From Perkinsus chesapeaki ATCC PRA-425 (Eukaryota > Protista > Perkinsozoa), in contig JAAPAO010000131.1 of the NCBI GenBank assembly GCA_013115145.1, positions 1-64,000 on the forward strand: 64,000 bases of DNA. The letters are read 5' to 3'. Below are positions 62,414 to 64,000 of the stretch, piece by piece. The notes below the pieces were generated by a model, which saw nothing but the letters and a program-made list of their open reading frames with translations, was not told the DNA's origin and made no database searches. The translations under genes and the position numbers were made by a program. Each line of letters begins with the position of its first letter. The stretch's first letter is position 1.

Positions 62414-64000
62414 TCATTGCTGTTTAACAATCTTTAAAGGATGAGCTTCTGTATTCAGAACATACTCATCCAAGTTCAACACATGCCGTGGCGCCAAGGT
62501 CAAGTAGAGGTACTTCAATGTTTCCGCTGTGAAGAAGGATTCTTGCTCGTTCTTCGTCTTGGCCGGTATCTCGTTAATATTATAAACCTATTTCAAAGCA
62601 TTTACCTCCGAAGACACCCAAAAGGTCTTACAGCGGAATACCCGTACTCAACTTTCGCGTGCTTGTTAAGCGCAGACATCATCTCGTGAGCCCATACGCG
62701 ATACTTGGGATCACCTGGGACAGGAAAATATCCAAGCTGTTCGAGTGATGAATTGCTACCAGTGAAATAATGCATGTAAAAAATACTCTCTATGACTTCT
62801 GGTCTAAGAATGTAATGTGCATCAGCCGTTTTATAGTGCCTATTAAAATACTATATAAATGACAGTACGGAGAGGGACAGATCACAGATCCTCTCCCTTG
62901 GCTGCATGCATGTTGAATTCGGCGACTTCCGGCCCCAAGCCCGTTTTTGAGCGAGCGTACCTGAACCACGATATTCAACGAAGGCTAGGATGAGGTAGCG
63001 GTACATCTGATGGCATGTTTCTGTAATGTCACGCGCCCATTTCTCCCATCGAGGATCGACACGCTCTCGCGGTAGGGTGCGGGCTCCAAGCATAAGATTG
63101 CCGCCAATAAAGCAAGTAAGATGCTCCATACGATATCTCGGGCTGTTGAGCAAGTACAAGGCAGTGGTGAGCCGTCACGAGTCTTACCTTCCCGAGCGGA
63201 GCTCTCCGACAAAAGTGAGGCCAGCGTCCGTGGTGAATATCATTTTCTCGACTTCGGTCATGGTCTTTACCCAATAATCGAGGTGCCTACCAATCACAAT
63301 CTCCCTTCGTATGCCCCCACTTCAACCTCCTTTCTACTTCTCCTCGGTTTTATTGCTTTGTAGCCAAACCTTCAGCAGGTACTCAAAATAAGAGTCACCC
63401 ATCGCCCCAAGCGAAATTACCGAACCTAGATGAGCGCTATGACTCGAACATTGAGGAGGCATCTCACCAGTGAACATGGGCCGGTCGGAGGCAAGCTCAT
63501 ACGGGACTAAGCCCTGGCTGCCGGCCGCCTTGAATATGAAGTCTTGGCACTTGTCGGCTGCCTCGGCATACTTATGGTCTCCTGTTTGTTCCGTAAGATA
63601 CCGGAACTCTAGTTGGATAGTTCCAACCTTACAAGGACACAGATTGGGAGAACGTCATAAAGAGATCATAAAGTTGAGAATCTCAGCTTGAGATCCATTT
63701 CCGAATCTCTCAGCATTAAAAAGTGCTGATACGATCCGGCATAGTAAACACAGCGTTCTATAGAGATAGCCCATGAGAGCTTACTTCAGCAAGGATGAAG
63801 CCAGACATCCACCCATTGCCAGAGCTATGCCCTGTACCGAGATCAATACGAGGATGAGGGCACCCGGCTGACTGGCTGAAGCCCTGAGGAGAAACCCCGA
63901 TACGAACGTGGCAAGATTGCGGTGAGGTTACGGTCATCATATGGTCAGCGGCTTCTCGCGCTTTGTCTAGAAAGACTTGCCGCCCACTGAGGCTGTGCGC
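62414..64000 (-). CDS. Class I alpha-1,2-mannosidase (GH47), 5' part outside the window
   Basis: [40 protein letters not shown] and the terminal [10 protein letters not shown]. Confidence 0.9.

Overview
Gene-dense eukaryotic DNA with many short GT-AG introns and one assembly gap of about 100 N (30584-30682). Gene content and intron style suggest an alveolate parasite, probably Perkinsus sp. (inference). The standout is a minus-strand gene starting at 6780. Four short exons encode a beta-rich N-terminal module and a Dpy-30/RIIa-type dimerization/docking (D/D) motif. One intron-free exon of more than 5.6 kb then encodes at least 4.5 in-frame phosphagen-kinase (creatine-kinase-like) domains in an alternating A/B array, still open at the window edge. 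The ORF track misses it, probably because no stop codon lies in the window. Other notable loci: an alpha-adaptin ear protein without a trunk, a receiver domain fused to a degenerate class III cyclase, an OEP61-like TPR/STI1 tail-anchored protein, a tandem pair of secreted proteins with NLS-like motifs (duplicated together with a decayed kinesin first exon), and an intron holding four consecutive hairpins. Housekeeping genes: MoaA, ArfGAP, MgtE, ABHD17-like hydrolase, BT1 folate-biopterin transporter, RPC2, kinesin-3-like motor, ABC-F, DTD1, an HMG-box protein, GSK3 and GH47 mannosidase. All calls come from manual translation and motif recognition; no database searches were run.
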